Assembly (NCBI RefSeq): GCF_037042905.1
Contig: NC_087251.1
Span: 33,668,001 to 33,732,000, forward strand
Direction of reading: 5' to 3'
Source of the DNA: Lytechinus pictus
Taxonomy: Eukaryota
Length of the DNA: 64,000 nt
Both the position numbers and the translations under genes were made by a program. Numbering within the stretch: position 1 is the stretch's first letter; each line of letters begins with the position of its first letter. Below are positions 28,106 through 42,329 of this stretch, piece by piece. The notes under the pieces are model-generated. The model was not told the DNA's origin and ran no database searches. It saw only the letters and a list, made by a program, of their open reading frames with translations.

Positions 28106-31100
28106 TAATAATGCAAAGTATCTTCATATAGTAAGGAAAGGTTGGTGGTGCATCACAAAATTGTGGACATGCTTGTTGTTATCTGAACAAGAGCTGTTAA
28201 AATGAGTCTTGTGGCAAAGATGTTCAGAATGAGACAAGAGAACTGAAATAGAAGACAAAAGACCAAAGAGACAGGTACAAAGAGTGAAAAAGATGTCGAA
28301 AGGAAGAGCGAGAAAGGTGCAAATGAATATGCACAAATGTATATTTATCTGATAGAGCAGACTTCTTGATATCAACTCTTAGGTTACTAGTATCAAAGCA
28401 AATTGGAAATACCACAAGGGGGTGGCATATATTCCTGCAATCGGACTTGACAGTCATAAGGGATGATTCATCAGTTAATGAGAAGCCGTCACTTACATGT
28501 GTACAGTAGTACATGTAGGAGTGACCGCAATCATTGATATGAAGATATTCAACAATATCCACGACTGCAATTTAAGGTAGAAGTACATAATGTGCAATTG
28601 ATGTACTCCTTTCGTGTGAGCTGAAACATGTAACTATCACCCAAAAGCTATTTCTTTTACAGTCAGAAATGTATCCGTAGTGCATGTTCTAAGTGGTATA
28701 TGTTACTCTTTACTGATGTCAGTGATGAAAATATTCTTTAGATTAACATTAATAAGCAAGCCTAAAACTGAAGGGTGTATTTTACGATTACTACCTATTA
28801 GATATAATTTTTTTATAAAGTTAATATAATCTTTCAATTAAGGACAAAATATTAAAAACAATGTTAAAAGGGATATATTTTTTCAAAATCCTCACTGTAC
28901 TATTCACTTATTCACTCAAAGTAATCAAGGACTGATCTGAATTACACGTGAAGTTATTGTCCTTTGGCCTCAAAACATATAGCTGAACGATTGTTCATTG
29001 GGCATATTTCTACAAATTGGCCGCATTATTATGTATTTTCAATCACAGAAATCAGCAACATGATCGATTAATAGCAAACTCTACATGTACATGTATGTTA
29101 CAGGGACTGGGTCTAAATTCATTTCTTTACTTGTTTAGATTCACTCAGTATATACATACTGCAACCAATAAAAATCTGAATACATGCAGCTAGATTTAGG
29201 CTCTACACACCGATCCCTAATCTTCAATGTGACCCTCTTGGGTACTCGCGCAGTGATTATTAGACCACCGTCGATACTGCAAGACACATTTTTCGATTAT
29301 CAAAATGAGGCAGCCGACTCTTTAGCACACAAGTAACATGAGCTATGCTTTGCGCATCAAGAGCAATACTCAAACGCTGATTTCATTAAATTAATGACTC
29401 TCTGGCCTCATTTCCCGAGAAATCCGATACTTCCACGACTTTAGGAACATTTGGCCAAAATTGGGGGTGAGTAGAGAGGGACGGGAACCTACAAATATTG
29501 CAAATAAGGCCAAGGGGCATATTAGATTAATATTTTAAGGGAGTTTTCATTACCGTAATCTGTTCTATATCAGTTATTTTCAACATTTGGATAGCAATTT
29601 TATTTCAGAGCAGTTCAAAAAAGATCAATCCCTGCAAGAAAATGATAACCCAAAATTATCTAAGCACTACTACATACATGCACACATTTTAATCAAATCA
29701 TTGTGAAAAAAAACTTTAATGGAATACTCACTCTTTATGGAAAAATTCAAATGAAATCCAACCGAAAAACCGAAAGTGTTGTACATGTTTAAAAAGTAAA
29801 TATACAATGATCTGCACTTAGATGCAGCCAGAGAAATTAGCTCAAATCAACTTACATACATGTACGTAAAAAGTATGTCATTCTACTTTCCGTTCGTGTA
29901 AAACTTTGTTCACAGCATTTGAAATCTAATTCTCCCTTCAATCAGCCCTTTCATTGAATGATTCAATTCTGACAGTGATTGATAGCTTGAACTTGACCTT
30001 TGAGCAGGGTCACTGGGTCAAGGGTGAGATGGAAATAACAAGGATTGCTCAAGTGAACAAGGCACATCCTATTTACGCTTGTTTTTCCTCTGGATTGGTG
30101 TTTATTCTGACACCCTCGTGGCTAGAATTCCTGCCATACATTGAATACCCCTCCATATACCAATGAATGGTGGTGGTCCTACAACTTTTCTTGAATTAAA
30201 AAAAAATCTTCTTGAGCATTATTTATTCAAGCCACTAAAAGCAACACATTCAGAATGTATATTGAACTAAGAAAAATTGGTCCTTTTTAAGGGTACCTTC
30301 AAAATTCAAATGACCGTGGTCTTCAAAACTCGGGTCTATTATTTGGATAGTTGTATGTACATGTACTGCACAACGTCAACATTATAAGGATTTCGACACA
30401 AGAGGGTGCTATTCACAAATTAGTTCCCAGATCAACACAGGTTTATAGCAGGAGGTATGGATGGCCCTACAAAATAATTTTGACTTCTGGTAGACAGTTT
30501 AATAATGCAGTATTTATCACTTTTCCCTTAACAGTCAAGTTAATATATAAAGATTATCATAGCTTTGAATTTTGTGCTTGCCAATATTTTTACAGAATGA
30601 TTTAATTCCATAGTTTACTTTCTCTTTTCTTCATTTCTGAATATTCATTGTATTATCTTAAAATTTTATATCCAAATCAAAATATACGATATGTACATGT
30701 AAGTATACATTTATTGTATGACAGAATGACATCTTCTCAATTTACTTTCCTTTTCTTTATTCCTGAATATTCTTTGTCTTTTTTTTTAATTTTATCTAAA
30801 AGCTCCTACAGTAGATGTTTTTGTTGAAGGGGTAACAGAAAAAAAGGCGACCTAGACAGTCAATGACATAAGAAAGAAACATTACTTTGGCCAATGTACA
30901 TTATTTACATTCATACTACTGCCCATGATCATGTAGAAAAATGAAATTAACCTATATCTCTAGACATCCGGTCCTGCATATACCCCCCCCCCCCCCTATA
31001 TCCCTTCATCATTACCAATAACTTCCAAGCTTGCCTTTTTTTCATTTCATTTGATGACAAAATGAGTTGCTCCCATAAATCCTAACGAATTACTCTGGAG

Positions 31101-31810
31101 TCTGCAAAAAAAGAATGCTTTGTTTTCATGATGATATGTCTGAAGCAGCCATTACTTATCCAATTCCGAGTCTAGCTCAGTCAGCTTTAGGGGGTATTAA
31201 AATGGATTGAATATCTAATTCTAAAGGAAGTATTCTCTGTTGTTTGGTATACTACTGCCTTGATTGGGCTTAAAACCCAATCGGATTAGCGGTCTTGTTT
31301 TCAAGCTCATATTATGTACACATACTTTATACACTGTAGTACGGTATGTTTGATATAAAGAATCATTATTTGTTTTGACTTCACTTTTACCTGGGAGTAA
31401 AAAAAGAGAGAACTGAATCACTGTGACATGCGGGTCTCTTCCGTTTTCAAGCACGCATTATGTTTTACATGTATAGTACATTATGTTTGATAATAAAGAA
31501 TCATATATCATATGATTCTTTATTATGTGTGCATACGAGACCAACCGAAGCTGAATTAAATGATCTTAAATAATAACTTCAGAAACAGTCATTCTATTTC
31601 AGCAGTTCATACACCTACAAGGGTTGAATCTAAATCAAAATAAAGAAAATAAATATTTCAGTAATAAACACAAACACATAACAGGGGAGGTATGCGATGT
31701 TTGGTGTCTGAGAAATAATTTTAAAATGTACTTTAGTGCTTATTTGTTTACTTTTTTAATTATTTGGTTTTTTTTTTCTTGGGAAAAAAATGTATCAATT
31801 TTATAGAAGA

Positions 31811-32045
31811 ATCAATCAATCAATCAAGTGTTGCGGATCAGTGGATAAATCTTTAGAGGGCTGTGAATTACGACATCACTTAGGGATAAAATCCCACTGC
31901 AGACACATTTGTCTGCTAAAGATTTTAATCTACATTTGCCACTCTTCACCCAAGTGTTAAATGCGCGTCCTACTGGATGAGAGCATAGACTTGAATTCAA
32001 CTTGGCCACTCATAGTTTGAATGCTCCCCATGGAGTGGAGATTGT
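31811..32045 (-). mobile_element. Degraded SINE-like fragment with (TTGA)n tail
   Basis: (tcaa)n tail on +; the - strand contains cacttgggtgaagagtggcaaatgtag and tgggagcattcaa, resembling other SINE bodies here. Confidence 0.35.
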
Positions 32046-32277
32046 GCAAACGACGCAGCCCAGTCAGACTCTGGCGAATATAGTCATACCATTTCAGTAG
32101 AGCACTAATATACGTAGATAACTTGCCCTGGTGAACTTACATGAATAAGAAATAATAGCAAAAGCAATTGGTTCCTTTGTTCATTAGACGTAGTAATATA
32201 TGATACGTGATGTACGTGTCAAAGTGACGTTGCAATCTAAACCAAGAGCAATATAAACCAAGTGAAATCCCACTTAC

Positions 32278-32514
32278 CTTGTTTTCCTGTTTCAAAAAAT
32301 CAAATCTGAGTAAAATACTGAGTTTGCAAATTTGTTTTGTATAGTTGCTGTTTCGATGGAAGACCTCTGCTTGCCAGGGTTTTAATACCTTACATCTGAC
32401 GGAATAAAAACAGCTTGCTTGCTATCACAATCAGGAAGCCACACTTAGGATCCAACGCAACATCTGTCCCTCATCTACTGTATCATACGCTCAAAGTCAA
32501 TGTCGATGAAAAAC
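32278..32514 (-). other. Candidate non-coding (5'UTR) exon of an unidentified minus-strand gene
   Basis: On the - strand: pyrimidine-rich acceptor ctttttatcacttttatcAG| and strong donor AAG|GTAAGT bracket 237 nt of non-repetitive sequence containing only short ATG-stop ORFs. Confidence 0.5.
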
Positions 32515-33479
32515 CTGATAAAAGTGATAAAAAGGAATTGTTTTCTATGACTAGAGGATTTAAACAACTTCAATACATTATATTGCTATATAAACATTAC
32601 TGTACGTATATTTCATGATCATGAATTTTAATTCCACTTCCATACTTTGAAAAATTAAAATGGATATACTGTATTAATAAAGAATAACTTTAACAAAAAG
32701 TTGTCAATTTAACAGTGATTTTAGTTAAATTCATCACATTGCCAACTTAGAAAGTGTAATGATGAGCATACCGTATTAGTTAAACTGTATTTATTCAAGA
32801 AGAGTACAACATACAGTACTGCCCTGACAATAGTATCAATTTTTTTCAATTATTTTTTTCAATTAAGTTTCAGTTTCTAATCATATTGCAACAGTAGCAT
32901 TAAGATAAAGCATTTTTTTTTCAATTTGTATAGGTAGGAAAACTTGTTAAGTCTGAAAAATAAAAAATAAATCATTTGTAGTTTTTATCCCAATGATGAT
33001 TTTCATAAGGCATTTTGGAGAAATATAAACTTTAATGGAGATGATAAATTTTTAGAATATAAAACATATACATGTAGAAAGTCTCTTAATTTAGGATATT
33101 ATCAATTTTTATGAACAGAAAAAAGGAAAATAAGGTTGAACTTTGAAACTGAAATATTGACAGTGAGAAGAGGAAGTGATTCAAGTCAATGAGGTATGTG
33201 AAGTGAAGTAACTCGTAAACATTTAGGAGCATGGTCCATGAAAAATAAAAATAAGTTTCTAATATTAATTAAAATACATATGACATGCATGTTCATGTTA
33301 TATTTGAATGAAATTATGTTAGAATAAAATCGACACTATTGTCTCATCGCTCATAAAGATCAAATGCATTTTATAACTTTTCATATCCTAGAGCATTCAT
33401 TTATATTTCAGATGCATGTTTAGTGACCACTGTATATTCATACAAAAAGGAGGTCTACATGTAAAGTCTATATACATGT

Positions 33480-33605
33480 ATCATTAATATCATCATCATA
33501 ATCATCATCCCCGTCATCATTATCACCTTCATCATCATCACCATCATCATCATCATTATCATCATCATCATCACCATCATCATCACCACCACTACTACCA
33601 CTATC

Positions 33606-33637
<32 letters not shown>

Positions 33638-33665
33638 CATCACCATCATCATCATCATCGTTACT
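33480..33665. repeat. (CAT)n microsatellite
   Basis: Direct observation. Confidence 0.9.
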
Positions 33666-34914
33666 ATTACATACACAACAAGTCTCCAACCATTATTTTC
33701 TAGATATATCAGATACACTTTAACTCGAGGAATTGACTGTTACTACATGTACACGATATCTGCTGAGCCCCTTCCATTCTGCTAACTGTAACTTTAAAAG
33801 ATAGAAAACCCTTGATTAAAAAATATGGATTGCAATAAACCAAGCATACCATGTTACACAATGCAACAGAATACATGCCGAGAACGACAACAAAATCAGA
33901 GCGATGAACGGAAGGAAACCAGGAGGAAGTCACGAAAGAGGGAAAAATGAATCATACGATGGAGAAGAAAAAAGTAACAAAATATTTTTCGCAAATATAG
34001 GGAAGGAGCAAAGTCATGGCTTCTCCATTAAACAGGTGTTTTTCTCACTTGGACCCATGCTCATCATAAATTTGCATTCAGCGACCATAGACACCCGTGC
34101 ACTATGGAGTTTCCTCTTGCAAATTCAGTACAAAATGTAGGGTATGGGGGGGGGTGATACGGTCGCTTGGAGCGTTGTCGGTAGCATGAATGTACTTTAA
34201 TGAGTTGCAATGCCCTACTTGCTCTTACTGTGTGTAGTGGTGAATTCCTAAAATCAGACAGGTCATGTCATGCAGATGGATGTAAATCAATAGGTTTTAG
34301 ACAAATTTGAACCCTTCTAATTTCATACACATCATTGAAATAGGAAAAGATGACTTTACAATTATAATATACATTATCAGTGTGGATGAATTCACATATG
34401 GATGCAGCACTCCATTATTGGAGAATGAAAAATATTTGTATTTTGTCATGTACATGTACATGTACAAAAATAGCCGTAAAATACATTTCTAATTTGGTAT
34501 ATCCCAGAAAAAAAGAATATGCTAGTACAAAAAAGTGTGATTACTTTTAACCTCAAAAGACAAATGAAATGTAATGTATTATACAGGTATGCTCCAAATT
34601 TATATTAATATGCAGGTAAAAACAATCAGGTTAGAAATGTACATGTAACATGTAAAAAATGAGGGTACCTTTTTTATACTGGGCATCTTCTCGCCCACAA
34701 GAGAAACCACACAACCCATAATTTAATGATATAATTTATTATGGAGTAATGCATGTACAGTAGGCCGATATCAAATGTTCATGTAAATTTATCTAAATGC
34801 ATATAATAACAGCAACCATCTGCAACAAATTGAAAACTTGAAACATTTATTACATGAATCTGTCAATAAAGAAGACCAACTGCTCATAAAGACTGTTTTT
34901 CTGTCTCCCTTGGG

Positions 34915-35112
34915 CGGTTCCACGATAACTGCTCTGGTGATAATTGCTCCGCTATAAATTCCACACACTAATTGAATGGGTAAATTCAACCCAGGATTTA
35001 TCAAACACTAAACCCAACCCCAAACTTAATCCCTGAACATCTCATAAAACCCTATTGCAACCCTAACCCTACATCTTTGACGAAGACCAGAGCAATTGTC
35101 ACAGGAGCAAAT
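34915..35112. mobile_element. Short repeat element with subterminal inverted repeats and internal (CCCTAA)-like units
   Basis: tgctctggtgataattgctcc vs ccagagcaattgtcacaggagca (inverted); aaccctaaccct units. Abuts the SINE at 35113. Confidence 0.5.
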
Positions 35113-35398
35113 GATAATAATAATAAAGGTATATTTACCCAGGGTAGCCACTTCAGTTCCGAAAACTGTTCTCCCAGCGGGCCCTGCTATTATTACCCGG
35201 CTAATCTAGGCTACCTGTTCGGTGCACACAGCTTTTTGAGGAATTACTTCCTGCCGTTACCCATTTACCTCACCTGGGTCGAGTGCAGCACACTGTGGAT
35301 GAATTCCTTGCTGAAGGAAATTACGCCCTGACTGGGATTTGAACCCACGACCCTCTGTTTCAAAGTCCGGAGACTAATCCACTGGGCCACGACGCTCC
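35113..35398 (-). mobile_element. Full-length tRNA-derived SINE
   Basis: - strand: A box tggcccagtgg, B box ggttcaaatcc, central cactcgacccaggtgaggtaaatgggtaac, (TTA)n tail. Homologous to 62667-62936. Confidence 0.85.
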
Positions 35399-35534
35399 AC
35401 ATATTGTGACACATCACAAGGAGTGATGTGTCACTCCTTGGGCAGCCTTTACATACAGGCCTACATACATTAGGTTTGACTGTACTAGAGGAACCTGTCC
35501 ATAAAGACCACTCTCCTTTTCTCCCTTTACTTTA

Positions 35535-36026
35535 AGGTGTGTTCAATGTCGGTTTCTAATTTAAACAGCAAAACATGGATCATGATTGAAAACATGATTA
35601 CAAAACGCTGATATATTATAATGAGAAACAAAGGGTGTGTTCAATGTCCTTTATTCCCGGTCGTTAAAGTAAACGTCTTTCAACTCATGATTCAGAGGAA
35701 TATTTAAACGTCGGAAAAGGTGCGTTTGTAAACGCGATCAGCTCAAATTTTACGACCTTGAGCATCGCGGATGTGACATTGAACACAAATGAGTTTTGAA
35801 ACGTCTTTAAATTTGCTCTCGCAGTCATGGCAGAGGAAGCCTACACAAGCAGGTGCCCAAACTGACCTTTCTTGCGATGGGTCAAACTGGGCACTAAAGC
35901 TGGGAAATTTAAAGATGATCAACATAAAAACGGCTTTACATTTTCTGTGTTCGGTGTTTTGTAATTGAGTTTTCAATCATGATTCATGTTGCTATTCAAA
36001 TTTGAAAATCAACATTGAACACACCC
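35535..36026. mobile_element. Harbinger-like MITE (TTA TSD)
   Basis: TTA|aggtgtgttcaatgt ... acattgaacacaccc|TTA; an internal copy of the TIR at 35633. Confidence 0.75.
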
Positions 36027-37534
36027 TTATTGCCCTTTTCACAATTGGTGGTGCGACTGCTTACAACCGTAGCGATTTTGTGCAACATATATTGTGACCA
36101 AATCATCGCAAACGATCACAAGAGCGATTGTGAAAGCCCCTTTAATGATATAGGATTCACTATGCACATTTATGTAATCCATTTCTACTACAGAATTCCA
36201 CAAGTTCACAGGTTACTATTTGTAGGTCTCCTGTTATCAAGGAAATAACAAGATACATGTATCATCAGCCTGATCCTAACTGTCTCTTCAGTTATCACTT
36301 ATTTATTTCCTGTTACACTTAAAAATAAACAATTAACAAGATAGTACAGTTCAGAGACAAACAAAAACTGTTGTAGAATATAAATGTAGCATCAAATATT
36401 CTTAAGTTGTAATTTGACCAGAATAGTTGTTGATGATTTTTCTGCTTTCTGTATTGAAGGATTATCTCCTAATCCAGGAAGGGATTCCTTGAATGCTCAT
36501 GTGCCTGATTAGGTAGCCATGCTTATAAATGTGAGTGATAATATGTCAACATTAGCTTTGAGCGCTTTACAAATGTTGCATATTATCACCATAAAGAAAA
36601 AAAATACTAAAGAGCTGTCCAAAATAAGATAGTTAATCGTTATTTGGCAACAGTTAAACTGCAAGTCGAGGACAATGTCTATGGTGTGTATGGAACTATA
36701 GGTTGACACATTACAAATCTATGTAATACTTGGGCTGAGTGATGTCAAAAATTTATCTTCATAATGAATTCTGCTGGGTGTCTACTGGTCTGAATTTGGA
36801 TGTCAAGAACTGAAAAAACAGTGAAAACAAAACAAACACACATTCGCAAGCACCCAGAAATAATTTTTATGTTTCAAACAACCAAAATGTTTTTACATAC
36901 ATGTATGTATCACAAGATTCCATATTTCTGTCTTGTCTGATGTTTATTTCAAGAAATACAAATTCCATGCAGCAAGAAGAATCACTTAATAATTCCCTTT
37001 AAAGTCTCACCTCTCTGACTGCATATCCATGTAGCAAATACAGAAAGATGTTTGTCATACATAAAGAGCGGGTGTATCAAGGTGAACGTGTACAGATAGT
37101 CACAACGGCTTCTAGAGAGATGATACTGTCCCCATGCTCTGCAAATAGATTCGGGGACATCTGTTTTCCAATCCAGAGGCTATCTGAGATTGTACCAAGG
37201 TATTATTACAGGAGATGGGTTTTCAAGACCAAAATGCTCTCTGTTTCTCTTGCTTGTGAGTTTGCTCCTACTCTTATTATCCTCACCCCCCCCCCCCCCA
37301 TTAAATGTTGTTTTAATACATTCAACTTGCACTCAGTCTCCTTTCTAGAGCATCTCCCTTCTCTCTTTCCGCATAATTACTGTTTGATTGTATCTTAATC
37401 TATCATTTTTTTGTATTTACTTTTTTCTGATCTTCGATTCCTTCTCTTCATCTGATCTATGTATTCTGAATTTCTATTTCTCTTTTATAGTGCAAACGAT
37501 GCCCAGTTGCCAAGATGGGGCTTTATAAGTATGT

Positions 37535-38461
37535 GAAGATGTTGTGGCTCATGATTGGATAAGTCTCCAGACTTTGAACCATAAGGTTTGGGTTTCAAAT
37601 CTCAATGCAGCACCCATATTCTTTGGAAATGCTTTTTTATCTATAATTTGCCACTCTTTACCAAGGTATAGTTAATGGGTGCCAGGAATTCCAATCAGGG
37701 TACCTGTGCTAAGTTTAGGTAATAATATGCAGCACTACATTGTATTAAAGCACTGTGTAAATCGTCGGCGGTCATCCGAACCGTCGTATCACACAAATGA
37801 CGGTGCCAACCCATTTCAGAGAAAATTGACTTCAAAGTTTATTATAATTTTCACACTTTGTTCCCCAGCCTTACAACATAAACATATTCATTGCTAGAAA
37901 AATACATCGTTGGAAAGACCAAGAAAAGTGCTTGACATTGGTATCATTATTTTTACACAAAACTAGAGATCCGAGAAAATATGGCAAAAGAGCTATTGTA
38001 CATGCTTGTAATTTCGGTTTGAGCGGCTTAGATTGTCCCTGGAAAAAACGCCATAGGGAAAAAGCGATACGACGTTTTGACCGACCGCGATTTGAAGGTG
38101 TGCGATCATTCAAAACATCTTATCGCTTTTCACGTGCAAAGTCAATGCAGTGCCCAGTGCCGATATGACGGTTTGGCTGACCGCGCGCATTGAAATCGTG
38201 GTCAGTCAAAACGTTGTATCGCTACAGTACACGTTTCCAATGGGATTTGCGCATTTTATTAAAAATTTGCATGGCATTGCTGTGAAAATCCTCTCATATC
38301 TCAGAAAATATAATAAATTGCTGCCTAGAAATTAAGTTATGAATAGAGTAGGACTTTCATTTTCTGCAAAAATCTCAAAATCGATTTTTCTTTTTTTTTA
38401 ACCATAATTGACTGATACGACGGTTCGGATGACCGCAGACGAAATGTTGATCATTATTATA
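37535..38461 (+). mobile_element. Degraded SINE whose 3' tail is split by a DNA transposon
   Basis: Head tgtggctcatgattggataagtctccagactttgaa; tail aaagcactgtgtaaat|gttgatcattattat resumes after 38441. Confidence 0.55.
37763..38441. mobile_element. Sola1-like non-autonomous element (AAAT 4-bp TSD)
   Basis: AAAT|cgtcggcggtcatccgaaccgtcgtatca ... tgatacgacggttcggatgaccgcagacg|AAAT (29-bp TIR). Confidence 0.8.
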
Positions 38462-40847
38462 CTTTTTATATTTATTCCTGTTCTTCCAGATTCATCCCAT
38501 CTCACATCTTCAATTTTTCGCTAATTAGTCTCTTTCAATCTGACTAGCCCTCTCTATCTATCCTACACATTTACTATATACATGTATAAACATTATAATC
38601 TGACTCATTTTCCCTTTGAGTCGAGTTTATACAGGTGTACAATGGACATTCCTTACCCACTTTATAAAAACATTATATTTGATACATCATTTCTGTGCCC
38701 TCCTCTCCATATCCAGTTCATTAAAATATCAAACCCAATGCTTGGGATTCCAATTGCATGGAAATGAAGCCTTAGGTCACACATTCATGCATGCAACCCC
38801 CTTTCCTATCAGGGGCAATGTCTTGACACGACATTCATCACACACCTATGCAAGTTTCAGGGGAGCTAATTGGACGGCAACGACTCCACTCCATCTCCAG
38901 TACATGTGCATGAGGGCCCTCGTTCATCAAAATTTGTGCCTTCCATTTCCTCTGCAAGCACCATGAGACTGTTCATTTTTTGATGTATTTTGTACTACTG
39001 CATGTTAAAGACAGACGTCACTCTCGCCATGGATCCTACTGCTCTCGCATACCCTTTGCAACACACAGTGCTGTATCAATGCATCACATACACTTGTACA
39101 CATGCATTTGGACGTTCTGATGAAGATGCTCATCTTGATGTTTGAATTCAAATGCCACAATAGTTCAAGAAATCCTGATTATAATTTTTTTGTCAAAGAA
39201 AATTAAACTCAAAGACCTGCCAATTACTACTGTATGATATTCCATGTATACTATAAGCATGGCACTGAGATCCTAGGCTTCCATAACTTTGAGATGTCTT
39301 TCACTAACTCAAAGAATTTAAACTAATCCATAAGTCTTTAAATCAATTTCCTTCAGCAAAAAAAAATCATCCACATCATGCTTCGCTCGACCCAGGTGAG
39401 GCAAATGGGTCCCAGCAGGAAGAAAATCAACTCAATTCAACTACTCATCCATTGTATATCAAACCAGGATTTTTCAAGGTCACCCTTTTAAAAATCATAA
39501 CTGCTTAGCTTTAACCCTCTTCATGTAAATTCAAGAATTAAAAATATTTAATTCTTGATTGAGCTTTTGTAAATTTGAAAACAGAAAATGAAAAAAAATG
39601 CAGATGATAGGTCATTCTGCTTGGCTTTTGATACAGCCATATGGTGAATAGCCAGTTGCCTTTGTATTGATAATTAAATCAAGGGGCCCAATGACAATGA
39701 CGCATCATCTATAACCCCCAAGTGGTTTAATTGACAGCTTAAAGATGTCAATATAATAATACCCTATCCGTCTAATGACCAAATGCTCCAAGTAACTGGC
39801 AATTCAACACATGCACCTGATATAGCTATAGATGTGTTCACAGAGGATGCACCTTCTTGTAGTAAAAGTAAATACACGGATTAGAAACAATAACATTTTC
39901 TGAAAATTCCTTTCTACAATATTGTATTTATCCTAGCCTACTTTGTCTAATTTCCATGTTCTTATCATCAGAATTCAATTGAATACATTTTGGTAATGGT
40001 GATAAAATTCAAATCAAATTTAATGAGAAATGCTCCTTCCTTTATATGCGAGGAACACATGTATAAATGGCAACACCATGACAACAAAAAATAGCACATC
40101 ATTATTTTGTGCAACTTTGAGATATGCCGTGACCAGATAAACACATTTTCTGACACACTAATAAATTGTGTCTAGCACAAGACCATGAATGTGTGTACAT
40201 GTACCAAGTCGCATTGGGCAAAAAATTAGGTGTTTATGTAAGTTCACTTCACAAGATTTTCCCTGATGTATGTTGTTACCATGGTAATCCTGTACCAGAC
40301 ACATTAATAAACATGTCTCTTGCACATGTTTATTCCAAGACCAATGTGTGTGACGAGTAGTTCGATCTGCGATGTTTGAAATGGAATGACCATTAGGTTG
40401 ACCGCCCACAATTAATATGCTACATCCATTCCAACTTTGTTTGGTGGGAGTGAAATCATCAATCAGGGGATTTTAATCATAATGTAGTGTTTCGAGAAAG
40501 CAATTTTTCTTCATAATAGCACAAAATATACCCACTTAATCCAATTTGAATACATTTTCAAATTCTTCATCTAGGAGAAACCTTGATAGATCACTCAGAA
40601 AAACTAATGGTAGAAAAAATGATTTGGTTTACAAAAAGTGAATATAAAAATGGGTGAAATTTTCTGCTATTAATGGTAAATAAAATTTAATGGATCATTT
40701 TCATAGAAATCTCAAGTGCATGAGTCATTAGGAGCACAATCCATTATTAATGATACCAGCAGCTTCTGAAATATTAAATAAGAGGTAAATTTCAAGCGAT
40801 GCAAGACAAATTTCCTTGTCATTATTTTATTACCAAAGGTGTACTCA

Positions 40848-41238
40848 TACCCCTTTCATAAACCCAATAAAACACAATTATGCGGCTAATAGCAGCATAA
40901 TTTGGTCGTAAAATCAGAGGAGGACAAGAGTTATCCGCATTATTCTGATGCTGCTATTATCTGCATAATAGCGGCATCGGGACAAGATTTGGAGTTTATG
41001 AACGTATTTCCAAATAATGCGGATAATTGCCATGGTGCGGTCACAAGGTCACCCTTTTCCAACACAATCGCATTGGAGGGGGCGTGTCCAGTTGTCATGA
41101 CAATTATCCGCCTTTTTCAGGACGGGCGCTCGTAAAAATAATTTATGGAGTTTGTGAACGCAATTTTTATTGAATTATCCGCATTACTCTTAGGCGGCTA
41201 ATTGGAGGATATGTTTTATTGGGTTTATGAAAGGGGTA
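40848..41238. mobile_element. Harbinger-like MITE (TCA TSD)
   Basis: TCA|tacccctttcataaacccaataaaaca ... tgttttattgggtttatgaaaggggta|TCA; same terminal motif as 12505-13954. Confidence 0.85.
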
Positions 41239-41842
41239 TCAGTTAAACCATGGTTAAAAATGATTTTTTTTAAAGACATTTTTTTTTCATTATTCTATCA
41301 ATCAATTCAATTTCAATGTATAAAGTTGCTCTGAGGGGCTGTCACAAATTCTAGTCTGCAGGCAGAGACCCTGATTGAAAGTTTGATCAACAAGTGGGTC
41401 ATCACTCAAAGACTAGCACATACAAAACCTGATGTTTCAATTCAGAGCGAGAGGTCCTTCAGTACACAAGTCAACGTAGGCTGCACATTCAGATCCCTTT
41501 ACACGAGTGAAGGGTTTGCACAGCACACTAACGTATGCCCACATCTCTGAGATATATGTTTTAGAACATGTATCTACTCGTACTATAGACTTGTTGTATG
41601 TTCAGAACATGTACCTGATACTTCAAATATTTTTATTGAAAGCATACAATTGTGCTGATTCAAGAGCTGAACCACTTTCCCTTCACAATGTATTGTATTC
41701 ACTACATGTAATGTATCTGGATAACATATGACCTTATTTTGATTTATTTTATACTTTTTCTGATTAGATTCTGGTATGTAAACTTAATGTCCATTAGCCG
41801 TCAAACAATAATTAAACTTGGATAAAGACATGTGATAGCTAT

Positions 41843-42329
41843 AACTAGAAATTTGACGTGTCCAAAGGACACAGATGCCCCCGCTTAACGCGATCAAAAA
41901 TTCATTTAATGTGATTGAACTTAATATTGTGCAGAAACCACTATGCATGTATATAATACTCGAACCAACTCGCATATAAAATGAGCTGTGACCTTTAACC
42001 TCTGACCTGCGGACTCCGAATTCACCTTAACCTGTATTTTGGTGTCATCTACATACACACCAAACATTTTTTAAATCTATTAAATATTTTTCGAGTTATT
42101 GCACGGAAACCAACTCACATATTTAATGAGCTGTGACCTTTGACCTGCAGACTCTGAATTCCAACTTAGCCTGTATTTTGGTGTCATCTACCTACACACC
42201 AAATTTTTTTTTAATCCATTTAGTATTTTTCGAGTTATTGCGCGGAAACCAAGTGGGGGGGGGACACGGACAGACGGACAGGGGCAACGCTTTATGCCCC
42301 CTCCAGACTTCGTCTGCGGGGCATAAAAA
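41843..42329. mobile_element. Helentron-associated/DINE-1-like (HINE) element
   Basis: aactagaa end; two ~145-bp internal tandem units with tgacctt motifs; (gaca/gacg)n; terminal hairpin tttatgcccc...ggggcataaa. Confidence 0.65.

Noticed and set aside
33455..33718. Asp-rich / Met-rich ORFs
   Set aside because: Translation of a (CAT)n microsatellite.
35005..35072. Interstitial telomere
   Set aside because: Only a few degenerate CCCTAA units inside a short dispersed repeat element.
35325..35398. tRNA gene (also 11451 and 62667)
   Set aside because: A and B boxes are present but there is no complete cloverleaf or acceptor stem, and each continues into a SINE body.
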